Assembly: GCA_002633005.1 (NCBI GenBank)
Contig: NMRA01000659.1
Span: 158,419 to 222,418, forward strand
DNA from: Phoronis australis
Taxonomy: Eukaryota > Animalia > Phoronida
Length of the DNA: 64,000 nucleotides
Direction: 5' to 3'
Shown here piece by piece: positions 1 through 13,300 of this stretch. How positions within the stretch are numbered: the stretch's first letter is position 1; every line of letters begins with the position of its first letter. A program made the translations under genes and the position numbers. The notes beneath the pieces are model-generated. The model was not told the origin of the DNA and did not search any database. It worked only from the letters and a program-made list of their open reading frames with translations.

Positions 1-1316
1 CCTGAGTCAATCTACAGTGCAAGTCAAAGGAAAAAAGACAAAATGACCTACAGTTAATGTGTGTCATGACAGTCAAGCACAAAAAGGATTATATGCTTCA
101 ATGGTCGAGTGTAATGGAATTGACTGTCCTGATAGTAACCCAAGTCATGACTGGTAAAATAAAACAGTACACATGAATAGGTTATCTACTAATGCCTATT
201 GTTTGGATCTATTCAATCGTAAACAAACCTCAAGACACTTTAAAAAATATCTACATCGCGTGACAAACACTGATGACAGAGTACACTGTAATTAGGTCAA
301 CTATTGCCTCACAACTACATATGGGTCACACTTTCTGTTGCAAGTTTCATCGGGTTAAAATTGATACATACAGCACATGAATTTACATTTTATAAAAGAA
401 CTGATGTTGAATGATTTCACATCAAAAACATTCATAATGTTTATGCCTGTTCCATTGTTCACGGCATCAGCACGCTGACCTTTGACCTAATTAAAGCACT
501 CACAAAAACTATGATTTGCATCTCCACACTCTACTGTCCTCTTTCATGGGTCTCAATTTTGCATGATACAAACAAAATGACAACATTTCCAAACGAAAGA
601 TATCAAAAAATTTTCAAAGAGCAACCAAAGAAATCATTTAGGGAAATTCTGACATGTATTAATCCAGCCGATGTTTGAATTGTCTACAGAAAGATGACTT
701 AGTGTCTTCGCACTTCCTTGACAATTTTGAATTCCCAGTAGCACTGTGGAACGAATTTACGTTCCTAAGACATTTGCTTGCCATTGCCATGGAGCAAGTA
801 ACAGCCCTGGCATTATGTTCACATGATGATGTAACCAAACGGTAGGTCCACACACACAGGCTCATCCACACCAACTGAATTTGAACTCCAGGTACTGTAC
901 CGATCTGTGAGGACATTTTGGGTGCACCCTGTATAGTCCTGATTCACATGGCATGCTTCAAATAGTTTGCCCATTTTGCGCAATGCTATTGGACTAATTT
1001 TCCAGTAGAGTCTCATGTTCAGGTGGTAACGGGCCCTGAACTCTCAAAAAGCTGAGAGACCTTAGCACACTGATATTGTTTGCATCAGTGTAATACGAAA
1101 CCAGTCACGTTAGTCTAATCATAGTTTGTATGTAAATGATAGCTAAATTAAATAAACAATATCCAAGTCATCTGAAAATCGACACATAAATATTTGATGT
1201 CCATTTCCAACATTTCCTGAAAAGTTCAGACATAAAAACTTGACTGTAGCATATTGTATGTTTAACGATACATGACATGCACATGATCAATCTACATGTA
1301 TTGTTGAAATGGTTAC

Positions 1317-4300
1317 CTTCTCTGACTGAACTCTGTGGTCAGATCACATTGACCTAGAATGTCCCGAATAGACAACCTCCAAGACGAGCGCCACCTGGGG
1401 AAAAATACAGAACAATCAGAATGCATTATACACTGTGAACACAATGTCAAATTCAATCACAGAGCTGACAGATCCGGAAGATGAGCGCACAGATGTGTTA
1501 CGGATCAACATATTTTCAATAACACAAATATACTCTGCCAGACTTCTGCAACTTGAAACAGTTACTGATCACAACCTCATTCCATCCACTTACAATGTCA
1601 AGACTGCTGTAAACAACTGAACCAGCTGATGGTATCATATCCACACAATGCATAGTAAGGGTTATCCCAAATATCGCTAAACAAAACAAATTCAACAACA
1701 AGAGACTGACACACGGGATTCCCACAAAACTTGCACAATTTCTACATATTAAGTACACTGATATGACAACTAGAAGTTTGTCAAAATCACACTTTAAATG
1801 CTAATGTTACGCTAGCTTTTATCAACATGTCTGTGTTTAAATATACAAAAACTACAGACATTAAATCAGCAGAAACATTTTATTTTAAAAAAATTAAGAA
1901 AGTAGAAACCCAATAGAGTTCAATTTGCCACTTTTTACCAATCTGCCATCAACTCGGTCACATGACCATGTCTTTTTGTCAAATTTAGAAAAAAAGTTAA
2001 CAGTAACTTTCACCAAATATGGTTTGAGATGAAACCTCAAAAATGTTGTTACGGTTTTCTCGCATTTTCGATTTGTGTTACTTTTTTTCATGAAAACAAT
2101 AAAAACCCAACTTTATTTACGCTTTGTTGCAAACATGGAACATTCTAAAACAATTCCTAACAGAGTTTTGGAGAACAGTATCACCCATTGAAACTTCTCA
2201 AATAAATCCGCTCAACCATTTCTGAAAAATGACATTCGCAAGTTCGCAAAATTTCGACACTTGCCTAAGGTCTATATAAACATAAATCTTGGTAGTGAAC
2301 AAGAACACGTTTCCTACTGCTTACTGCAAGTTGTTATCTCACCTGGCTAGTGTCTCCAGGCTGGCATTGTGACTTTGAAGCCATAAGACATCAGGCAGAC
2401 CAACTGGGTATGTCGCATGCAAGACTGGGAACAACTTGGCATTCAACAGACACATGTCACTGACCTATAAACACATTGTGCAACATGCGATCAGTTTCCA
2501 AGGCAGTTAAGCAAGGAACTTTATGATACTATTACCCCCCTGTCATGTGATTTTCTTAGAAATTCAAGGCCATTGTTTTACATCATGATCAGCAGCTGTT
2601 CAAACACAGAAATTGTTGTAACAACGCTAAGATTTCAAAAACATGACTGTGCATTGACGGCTAAATTTAATCCAGAGTGAATAGAATTCTTCTTAATTTG
2701 CGAGTATGCCAAGTTACAAGGCCACAAATAGAGATGAACATTTTGCATTTATAAACTTGTGATACAATTTTAAGTGATAAATGAAGACTGAGGTAAATAT
2801 TAACAGCGAAAAAATGAGGAACAAAGACATGTAATTAACTGCCATGTCAGTATGGAAAGAGAAAATTAACAATAATTGCAAATAACGCAAGCATCGTCAT
2901 TGTTGACAGGATTCACAAGCAAATATTGACAGTGTATTATTACCATAACTAGCATACGTGCGCCCTTGTTCAGGTTTAAACCAAGTTGTGACGAAGAATG
3001 AGACCTGGTGCAGCAGCCTGGTCCAATGGTACTTCAACCTATGACTTTGAAAACTAACCAAGTTTGGACCATGTTTTACAAATATTGCATTTCCCCTTCC
3101 CCAACAGAGCGCCATAAACCAACAGGTGAATGCCATTCAAGACACACAGACTCCAGCAGCAGGACACAATCGTCACACTGCACCTCAGGTACAGAAAAGA
3201 GGCAGAGAAGTTTAAAATATTCAAAGATTCGACTATGATTTAAAGACATTTTGTTTCCCTTACCTTGTCTGAGTCCCATATGTCAGCAGACGTAATACCC
3301 GTCTGCTCAAAGAAATCATTCCAAGGCTTGTTACAAAAGGTGGCACCGGGGTCACTCACAGGCAGCTGTCAAAAAGATAGTGGGACAAATGATATCAAGA
3401 GAGCGGTAGCAATGTTTAAAGAAGAAAGTCAATTTATTCATAAACTTCTCACAATAGGATGTTATCTTCGGCAAGTTTTCACACTCACCATGTAGTGAAT
3501 TTATTTTATCAATTATTAGTAAATATTATTTGTATCACAGGAGATTAATGAATGCTAAGGATTGTGCTGGATACTAAGACAGGCATTAATTTTTTATTTT
3601 GAAAATTTCTTGTACTAAATTTTTAGTAACACCAGGGTTAGAGTCAATTAATGTTTTAGCAATACCCAGGTTAGAGTCAATTCGTGGGCTTGGGAAGAAC
3701 AGGCAATTCGTTGTTGTTTAAACTGTCAAGAATTTGTAGTTGTTTGAGATAAGGCTTGATAAGTTGACTTGTCACAGTCCATCATGTTATAGGTAATGGT
3801 CTGATATAACGTGCAAGAATTTTGCAAACCAGTTTTCTCCACTGAATAACGGGCATCAAACTTGTTCTCAAAACACGGGCGCGTTATATCAGACTATTGC
3901 CATGTTATGTGCAAAGCACGATCTCAAGTACAATCAAACTGTTCTTCTATGGCTTAGAAACCATTCTTATCTCAGTAAAGTAGGAGTGAGACTGGTTTTA
4001 CAGTCAGGGACAGGTCTATATCAAAACTTCTAGCAGTTTAAGGTGCCAAATTCTTGCCTTCTTTACCTCTAAAACTGAAATGATAGTGACATTTTGTGGA
4101 CTAAGCTGTTTTTTTCATACAGGGTAAGGGCGCAAACTCGAATCAACTGATAATGAAAACATGCACTAAGTTGAACTACTTCAAGACTTTTTATTTCATG
4201 AAAAACTAATAATTGAATAAATGCAGTCAACAAGACTTATTTCTTTAATTTGAAAATTGTGCTGCATTGCTCCAACACATCTTCAATACTTAGTCACTTG

Positions 4301-7300
4301 AAATGAGAAAAAGGGGGAGTTTGCCACATTATCTCTTTGGATGTTCAATGATCACATTCATGTGGGAGGTCAACCCTAGAACTTTGGCCGGTGTTTTTCA
4401 ACTGTGTTTTCTCCTATTTCAAGTTGAAAACTTGAACATAAATGTCCGTTGATTCAACTTTCCCACTGGAACTAATTGCATCATCAAATTCTTCGACCTT
4501 CAGGTCTTTAAAGGTCATTAGGTAACCAAAGCGACTGTATAGATTAACAGCACCTAGTAGGGTAAACCCCACAACCCAATTTCTTAAAATTACAATTTAA
4601 GTACCCATGTCTAATTTGATTTCCAGGATCGCCAACTTAATTACCCAAGGCATTAACCCAAATTTTTATGGAGAATAAAGTCACTGTGCACTACCTTATT
4701 TTCCACTATTTCATGCCGAGTCTGTTTTTTCCTATTCTCAAAATAGACAAGGCAGTAACTTCACGATTTGACTGTATAACTGCCAATCAGTCGTCATCTG
4801 GCCACCAGTATAGCACATAGGACATACACCAAATCTTACTAATGAAATAACTTCAAGTTGGTAAATCACATAGTTACATAATCAAGATATTAAGAAGATG
4901 CCAGTTTCACCAATTGGTATGACTATTAAATGAAAAAGTGGATCAGGTGATTTTTTTAAATAAAAAATGCATGACTTCCACTTATGAAATATTATTAGAA
5001 ATAGCAAGAAAATATTTTACCTGGACCCATTTTTGTTATCTCACCTGTAAGTTGTCGAACTTGCCAGATAATGTAAATACATTCGTTGTTGTCTTGAGGT
5101 GGCCCAGAAACATGTTGAACCCTTGTAGCACAATGCCGTCATGGATGTGGATCTTGTCCAGCTAATGTAGAGAAAACAGAATACATAATCATTCTGCAAT
5201 ATAGAAAAATACATTTAACAAAGTTTAGGCAAATGTCACATAAAAGTTCATTTTTACTACTAACATAACTTTGCATGTAATCTACAAAATTCGAATCATA
5301 GTGAAAAATTCCCCTCCTGCAACACCATGAAAGTGATTCTCACAACTGCTTTGTGGATATACTAAAAGTGAAATAGAATGTGAAAAACTGACCAAAGTCC
5401 CTTATTTAAAGTGCTTCTCTGCCACCATAGACTATAATAGTACAAGGACCGCCAACACCATATATTTTCAATGAATGAAATCTGTGGTCAGACGCACAAG
5501 CAGTGATGTCATTATTCACTAGCGAAACCTGGCCAAATTAGCAAGTTTTATTTCCGGCAAGTACGTCATCTGCTAATCATGGTGGGTCGGCTGTTTTGTG
5601 GCTGGGTGTTCGGCCACACACGTGAAATGTAAAGGACTAAGTTGCCACAGTGTCCACCAACCACACAACCTGCTTTGGAAGCAAAAGCTCATTTCCTGCG
5701 TGAAGGTGAGGGGTAGCTGCCTCAACAAGAACACTTCATTCATTTGTTCAAGACATTTTGATGATGCATGTTTTTTAAGAAGCTCTGTTGATGTCAAAGC
5801 ATTTTTCGTTTGGTTTCAAATTTTGATAAAACGATCAATCAACAGCTCGTCACTTCGTCGATTTTTCTCCCACATGGCAGAGAACCTCCATTAATTTGGT
5901 ACGGCAAGACACTGATGTAACTAATTTCCCCTATGCGGAAAATGTGACATTTGACCTTTGATGTAAACAAAACAATGGCAATTTCAACCAGCAGCAAATC
6001 CAACTTCTTTGAATGTATGTGCGGAACATATTGTTAGGGGCGAGGAATGTGAATACTGCACTGGGATGAAATTTTTAAATATTTCAAATTTATTTAGTAG
6101 AATCTGTGTTTCAAAATTGTGAATGTCAATTTTTTCTAGACATTCTTACAACTTTCGAAGTGAATAACTCTTACATTAGCATTTCAAATAAGTACGTCCA
6201 CCACAATCTGTTGAAAAGTTATTTTTAATTTGGAGTTTTTGTGTTCCATGCCTCTTTAAATCCGTACAACAGCAATGCATTACACAACTCAAGACACATA
6301 CCTGGACAGATACATCAGACTGTAATACTCTGACACCAGATACCAGGCACTCACTGCCGACTGAGGTCCGTGCTGGCAGCGAGCAGTGACTAATGATGGA
6401 CTGTCGTCCGACACTGGAGCCCGTCCCCAACATCGAGTTCATCACAACACTGCTGAGGTCAATGGAAACATCCTGATATAAAGAGAACATTAAACTGATC
6501 ACATTCATCAACACACAATACTGTAGAGACATCCCTGTGATAACACTAGCTGTTTTAAATTTATTAGTTAGACAGAAAAAACAACATAACACTACAGGCA
6601 ACTGACATATTCAGCAGAAATAGAAAAAAAATTTACATTGATCCTACATAAAATCAAGTGGCACAGTCTATGTAAACTGGTTTCCCTTTCAATTCACTGT
6701 TTAAATAATTTTATGAAACCAAAACAGCACAATAAGGAAACCCATAAAAACTGGATTGTCTTGAATATTACTTGCCATCTGTGATATCGTTTTCAACATT
6801 GAGTGGGAACAGAGAAATAACCTGCTATTGGCTTAAATTGGTGATATTATGTTCTGAACAGATGACGTAACATTATTTTTTTTTAATTAAAATTGATGCG
6901 GTCATATTATGATTTTCCGAATTGAAGAGATTATAATTTTATGAATTGAAGCAGACATATCAAGATTTTCTGTTATAAAGAGGTCGTATGATTTTTGAAT
7001 TACAGTGGTCATATAATAAATTTTCTGAACTGAAGAGGTCACATCACGATTTCCAGAATTAAAGAAATCACATTATGATTTTCTGAATTATTGTACTCAT
7101 ATCATGATTTTATAAATTGAAGCAGTCATATTAGGATTTTCTAAATTGAAGTAGTGATGATTTTCAGTCGAGTGCTCAAAATATTACGATTTTGTGCATC
7201 GAAGCTGTCATACTATGATTCTCTGAACTGATGACATCACAAGATTTTCTGAACTGAAGCGGTGATAGGATATTTTGAATTGAAGCACTCATATCATGAG

Positions 7301-10300
7301 ATATTAATGAATATAAATTTTAAATTAATTTCTGAATTGATGCTTCGATATTGACGAATTGAAGCAGTCGTATTATGATTTTTTGAACTGATGCAGTCAT
7401 ATTACGATTTCCTAAATTGAAGCCATCACATTTATTTTTGTGAATTAAAGTGGTTACACACTTCTTTGAATTAAAGCAAAGCCATAGTGTGATTTTCTGT
7501 TTTCAAGCGGTAAAAATCATGAATTTCTGAATTCAAACGGTCATGTTATGATTTTCTGAAGCATTCTATGAGTCGTAAAATAATGCTCTGAATGTTCTTC
7601 ATGAAATGGAGGTAAAGTTCTACGAAGGCTAAACACACCAACAATCGGTGATACTTAATCGCCGCAGAGTGCTCTGAACGCAACTACCCACAATTTATCT
7701 CTCCGCCCTTAGCGGCAGATTTTACTAGAACAGCCTTGAGACTGCCTAGGGTAATGTTGACCTAGTTGTGAGCTTGATTTTTTGGACAGCTGAACAGAAG
7801 GGATGTACAGTACGTTTAACTACTTCACTGCCAAGATTTCCTTAGAACTGCACTTCCCAATCCTTTTTGAGGATACCCACAACATTGGGTGCAGTCACTG
7901 AAAATACACTAAAGAAACACTAAGAACAATCAATGAAAGGTTTTACTTAAAAATAAATTCATCCCAATCCCAGTACATACATGTACATGTAACACTTAAA
8001 ACTCGGATCCCCAATCGGATTCGTTTTGCAGTTGAGTCAATTAAATCTCGATGATGACCATTACATCAATCGCAGTTTGACAGGTAAGATATTAGCCACA
8101 GTTTGCTATAAAATATGCAAAAAATTCAAAAAGGTCTAAATCCATTTGATATTTGGTAATACTGGCTTTTTGTTGTTAAATTGTTAACAGTAGTTACTAC
8201 ATGATATTGAAGATCAAGAACAGCAAAGTACCCGACTCCCAGATCAACAGATTTGGCAGTGACCAATGACTTACCAGAAGGTGTGCATGGCAGTGACTGA
8301 TAACTTATCAGTAGGTGTGTATGGCAGTGACTGATAAATTACCAGAAGGTGTGAGCGGCAGTGACCGATAACCCACCAGAAGATGTGTACGGTACTGACC
8401 GATAACTTACTAGGTGTGCAAGGTAGTGAAAGAGTTTTGTAGGCCCAAAAATAACATAAATGTGTGATTTGTAGCATGTACACGACTTAAGCAAAAAGAA
8501 TGGCTACTGGCAATGCTTATTCAAGCTTGTTTTTTAATAGTTTTTAGTACCTCAATGACTGCAGGCAAGTTAAGACGAGGCCCATCTCCTGGGGAGTGTT
8601 TAGCAAGGATGAACCTCATGTAGTCACTGGCAGACAGTGATAAATAGTTGAATGCAGCACCCTCTAGTGACACTGGAAAACATCAAACAACAATGTGGTC
8701 CTGGCCAAGGAACTCAGTCACATTCATGTGAAAGAAATTATTAAATAAGAGCAACGCGAAGCGTTGAAATGCGCCCACGAATGCATCGCAAATGGTGTGC
8801 TTTTAGGTTTATTTATTTGTGGATGGACAGACGGAGATGGCGGAATAATGCGTCCACATATAAATATGTGGGCGCAAAAAAGGCTTCTTAGCATTGTAAA
8901 ATTTTATACAATTATCAAATCTGATTTCTATGTGGCATCTGCTAACTATACAAAAATCTATTCAAAAATGATATTCAAATTAACTAGATAATTCTTTTGA
9001 ACAGACTTGAGAGTCAATTCAAACACCATAATAACAATTTCATCGTCAGTAATGAACGGAGTAATAACAACAGAGATGCACTCAGAAGAGGTCAGCACCG
9101 TGTCAAGAAAAACATGACTTCAGACAAATTAACCATTCTCGATCTAATCTCTTCCAGAAGTGAATTTTCTGCTTGGCTTCTACACAACCCCATACTATAA
9201 TACGCCAAGCCTTGTCAAAACAGAACAGAAGGCATGCTCAAGGTCAACTATGACGCAGTGTCGCAGTCCCCTAAGATTTTAGGAAATATCCGAACATGCC
9301 ACGAGCTGACTTCTCAGTATCCTCTTAATTAACTTCACATTGTGAAAGTTGGTCAAATATAAAGGACTTGATATTTAAGCTATTCTTAGGAAACCACGCA
9401 GATAGGATAACCAAACTAAGATAAAGACCACAAACAAACGTCCAGTGAAAACACTAGCAACTGCAACTCTTAACAAGATGGATAATTGGAAAGCTGAAAG
9501 TAGTCCAGCACAAAGCCCCACAAACAGTTGCAGGTCCATATAGTTACTGTTACTTGACACAGTCCCTAGATACATACCAGCCTTAACCTTCAATCTGTTC
9601 AGGTTTCTCCACAGTACAGCCCTGGCATTGTATATCGTCGTCTGCGTAAAGGTATCCAAGGACTCTACGCGACAGCCTCCACTGGTTGTGCGGAGATACT
9701 TGTGCAGCATATGGACAAAGTCCTTCTCTTCAGTTTCTGTGTACATAGGCGCGAGCAGATCGAAGAAGATTGAAAACTGCAAAAATTATTAAATGCCACC
9801 AAGCAGGGTTTGACACTAACAGTAGTCTGAGAGGCAGACAGCAAGTAACTTTTGCTATTGGGTACTAAGTGAAATTTCAAAAGTAGAATGTCCGACAGCT
9901 AGGCTACTTGATTAGAACTTAGTAACAGTGAACTTGACTGTATATCCAGATCAATTGGCACAACCACCAAGCTTGCAAGCTTGACTTGAAGGCTTTCCAA
10001 CTCAATAATTTGGGCAAGCGAAGTGTTTCCTTCAGGCAAGTGACAGGCGAGTTAATGAAAACGTTAAGTGTCAAACTCTGCCTCAGGCTTAAAATCATGG
10101 CTGCTGTGAATAGACTACACGGACCATAACATTAGGTGCTGCACTATTTAAAACTGACAGGATTCTATAAGTAGATCAGTCAGATAGGCGCTCTATATTG
10201 TGGGGTTACCTACACAAGGTTGATGATTATCTTTCTGATGATTCTTGAATTTGGGATGATAAGCATTTCCTATTTCTAGAATTTGGGACAATTGTCGGCC

Positions 10301-13300
10301 TTGAGCAAAATAACTCAATTTTCACTGTCTCAAACTGGATAATTTTTACCGTTAATGTTTCAACAACCCTAAAGGGGGACGAATGGAACAATGCAACAAA
10401 AGAGTAGAAATTGCAATGCACGAGTTTCTCCTTTTCTCTTGTAGTTAACAATTTTTTTGTAAATCAAAGACAGTGATTGGGCTCAACTTTTAAAGACAAC
10501 TTCAATTTTGATAGATTGCAGTGCTAAAAATGGCCTGCAATTTTTTGCTGACGGTTTTGTAGGACAAATGGGCAGAGAAAGGCAATCCGAGTGCTTATGG
10601 CACTAAATGTTTAAATGCATCAATTGTTTTTTCTTACCTCTATAGAGGGCGCCCCGCTGTCTAACCCATAGTAAGTGCATCCATTCAGCGGTGGTATTGC
10701 GTGGAATGAAGTCAGAATATCCGCTACCCTGGGACTAAAGTAGACAACTCCGAGAACCTGAGAGTGGAAAATGAAACAAGAATCATAGTACAGTAGCCAA
10801 CGAAAGTTTTGTGCCACAGTTGAAATAATACACCTAATCATAATTGTTTTTACACAGAAATGTGATGTTTCAACAAATTCATAGTGCTTCATGATAAAAT
10901 GGAGTGGCCTCGAAAAAATGGAAAAATGGTTAACATGACATTCCTTACCAATCCATTATGAAATGCATGTTGAATTGATAAAACTTTTATCAAAATAAAA
11001 AATAAAAAAATAAAATTGATTAAATAATATTGAAAACTTCCATCTATCTTGTCAGCTACATATGGCTCCATTTACCCACAGCTCATCATGAGAACATCAT
11101 ACTGAATGCTTAATTTAATGTAAGGTAAAAATTAATAAAGTTTCAATGAAACAATTATACCTGTTTTATCATTCTCAAGACTTGTTAAATTGCTGCTAAT
11201 TGACGAGTAATATTGATAAACAGAATACAAAAATTATAAAGATAATTCAGATAAAACAACCAAAACCCAGTAAGAGCTTGGATATCTCAATGCACACTTA
11301 CCAGATTGTATTTGCCATCAAACCTGGCATATTGCCGCAGAGTCTCTGGGCTGCCTTTGTATACAGTGTTCGCAATGTAACCCTAAAAATAATACAAAGT
11401 CCAGTTATGGACATTGTGGACCAGGATGCCAGAAGCATTATGTCAATTACAACACGCCCCGCACACTAAGTAAGGTTGACCGAAGAAGAGTGATCTATTG
11501 TGAAGCCTGGGTTGAGTTCAGTATTGTAAACCCCTATGGAAAATAGGCATACGCACTCATCTGGCTACACGCGTTACAGTTTGTGTAAAATAAACAGCAA
11601 TACCACGCAATGAAAAGCCACATCAGCTTGCAAACGAAGTTGCCAAGGCAACCTAATGTCAATCACGAGCTGGTGTTCAGTCGCTACTATGACACGTCCA
11701 GCATTGAGGAAGGACACTACCTGGTTTAACTCTCTAGTACTCACTAATTACCTGATGGATGACATCAAAGTAGATAAATTGTGTCTTCCCGCAATGGATG
11801 CCATCAAGATAAAGGTCACGCATTTGGAAAACATTAGCAACTACTTTGCATTCGGCACACTTGCATCAGGCATGCACTGAAGTTTACGTATTGTAAGCCT
11901 GTAGACAAACCACCCATACCTCATCATTTATCTTGTATACACCATGTTGACAGGCAATGTCTAGCGATGATATAGGAACACTAAGAGACAGAACATCAAT
12001 ATCATCGGTCCACTGGATATCTGCAACAGTGTATCAAATGTAATACCAAGGCCACTGGATATCTGCAACAGTGTACCAAATGTAATACCAAGGCCACTGG
12101 ATATCAACCCACTACATTATTATTAAAATTTAATACACAATATTTATGTGAGAATGCAGCCTACATGAAACACTTGAGGAAAACGGAAGGGCAAAGATTA
12201 AAAGATTTAATTTAGTATAACCTCATGGTCTGAAATGCATGACTATTGTATTACACACAATCACGCACACGCATGGCAACATGGTTGTTTTCATTTATTG
12301 AAAATTAAGCAAGTTAACACTATCTACTGATAAATATATAGCGTAAATCTTATACAGTATCTACCGATAAATAAGTGTAAATCTTAGACCGGTGTGGAAA
12401 TATAGATTCACAATTTTTTTAAGTCTGGTCTGCATGCCACCTATTGGCCACATCATGTGACCTAATGAATATAAGTCCAACAAGATTTCTGGCCCCGAGC
12501 GGGACTCGAACTCAAGACCTTCTGCTAACTGTGCAGATGTTCTAGCCACTGAGTCATCAGGACCACCGGTCAAACACAGAAATCCAATCAGACTTAGCAG
12601 TGGGCATACCGCCCATAAAATTGTGAGTGTAAATATAATTATGTAAATCTTATACCGGCGTGGAACTATAGATTACAAACATTTTTAAGTCTGGCATGTA
12701 TGCCACATATTGACCACATCACATGACTTAATGAATATAAGTCCGAAAAGATTGCTGCCCCCGACCGGGACTCGAACCCAGGACCTTCTGCTAAACGTGC
12801 AGACGCTCTAACCACTGAGTCATAGGGAAAATCAGTCTTCAAATTGTCAGTCAATGTACGTAATGCAAAGAATTTTACCACTGGCCAACAGAAGAGAAAG
12901 AATCGAAAAGAAAAATATACTGTTGGTACCAGGATGACAGATGTAACAGGAAGTTAGTGCTCTGATAACTACAACAGCAGTGTGACTTACTAGGACTGAC
13001 TGGCACATCCAGCAACATGTCTGTACTACACACCCACACACCAGGTGGCGATCCCACTGTTATCTGAACAGAAAAGAGAAAGAAATATTATCATAGCTGT
13101 GCTACACTTTCAGCTGCCACTATGACCTGGTAATAAAATTCAGCTTGTCTCATTGCCATATTGCATCCACTTTACATTGCTATTTTGTTTAGGTCACTCG
13201 GCAAAAGCCACTAAGTTACAGGGGCCCAACAACTGGAGAACCTGCAGTGAGTTTTCTTAAATAAATAACGAGTATCAAACTGGTCAAAATGCAAGACCAG

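Noticed and set aside
900-1035. Possible next FCSK exon (RLYWKISPIALRKMGKLFEA...)
   Set aside because: Only faint similarity to the expected segment and weak splice sites, so it was left out of the model. The next exon may lie outside the window.
3006-3190. Duplicated or mutually exclusive version of FCSK exon 2343-2464 (shared PVGL and QSH words)
   Set aside because: The matches fall in different frames, the flanking exons already join in phase, and the segment is better explained as a repeat.
8255-8430. 34-bp repeats as a CRISPR array
   Set aside because: No unique spacers, and the context is a eukaryotic intron.
12490-12564. Functional tRNA-Thr(AGT) gene
   Set aside because: No U33, mismatched D and T stems, the sister copy has a different loop, and it is embedded in a repeat unit.
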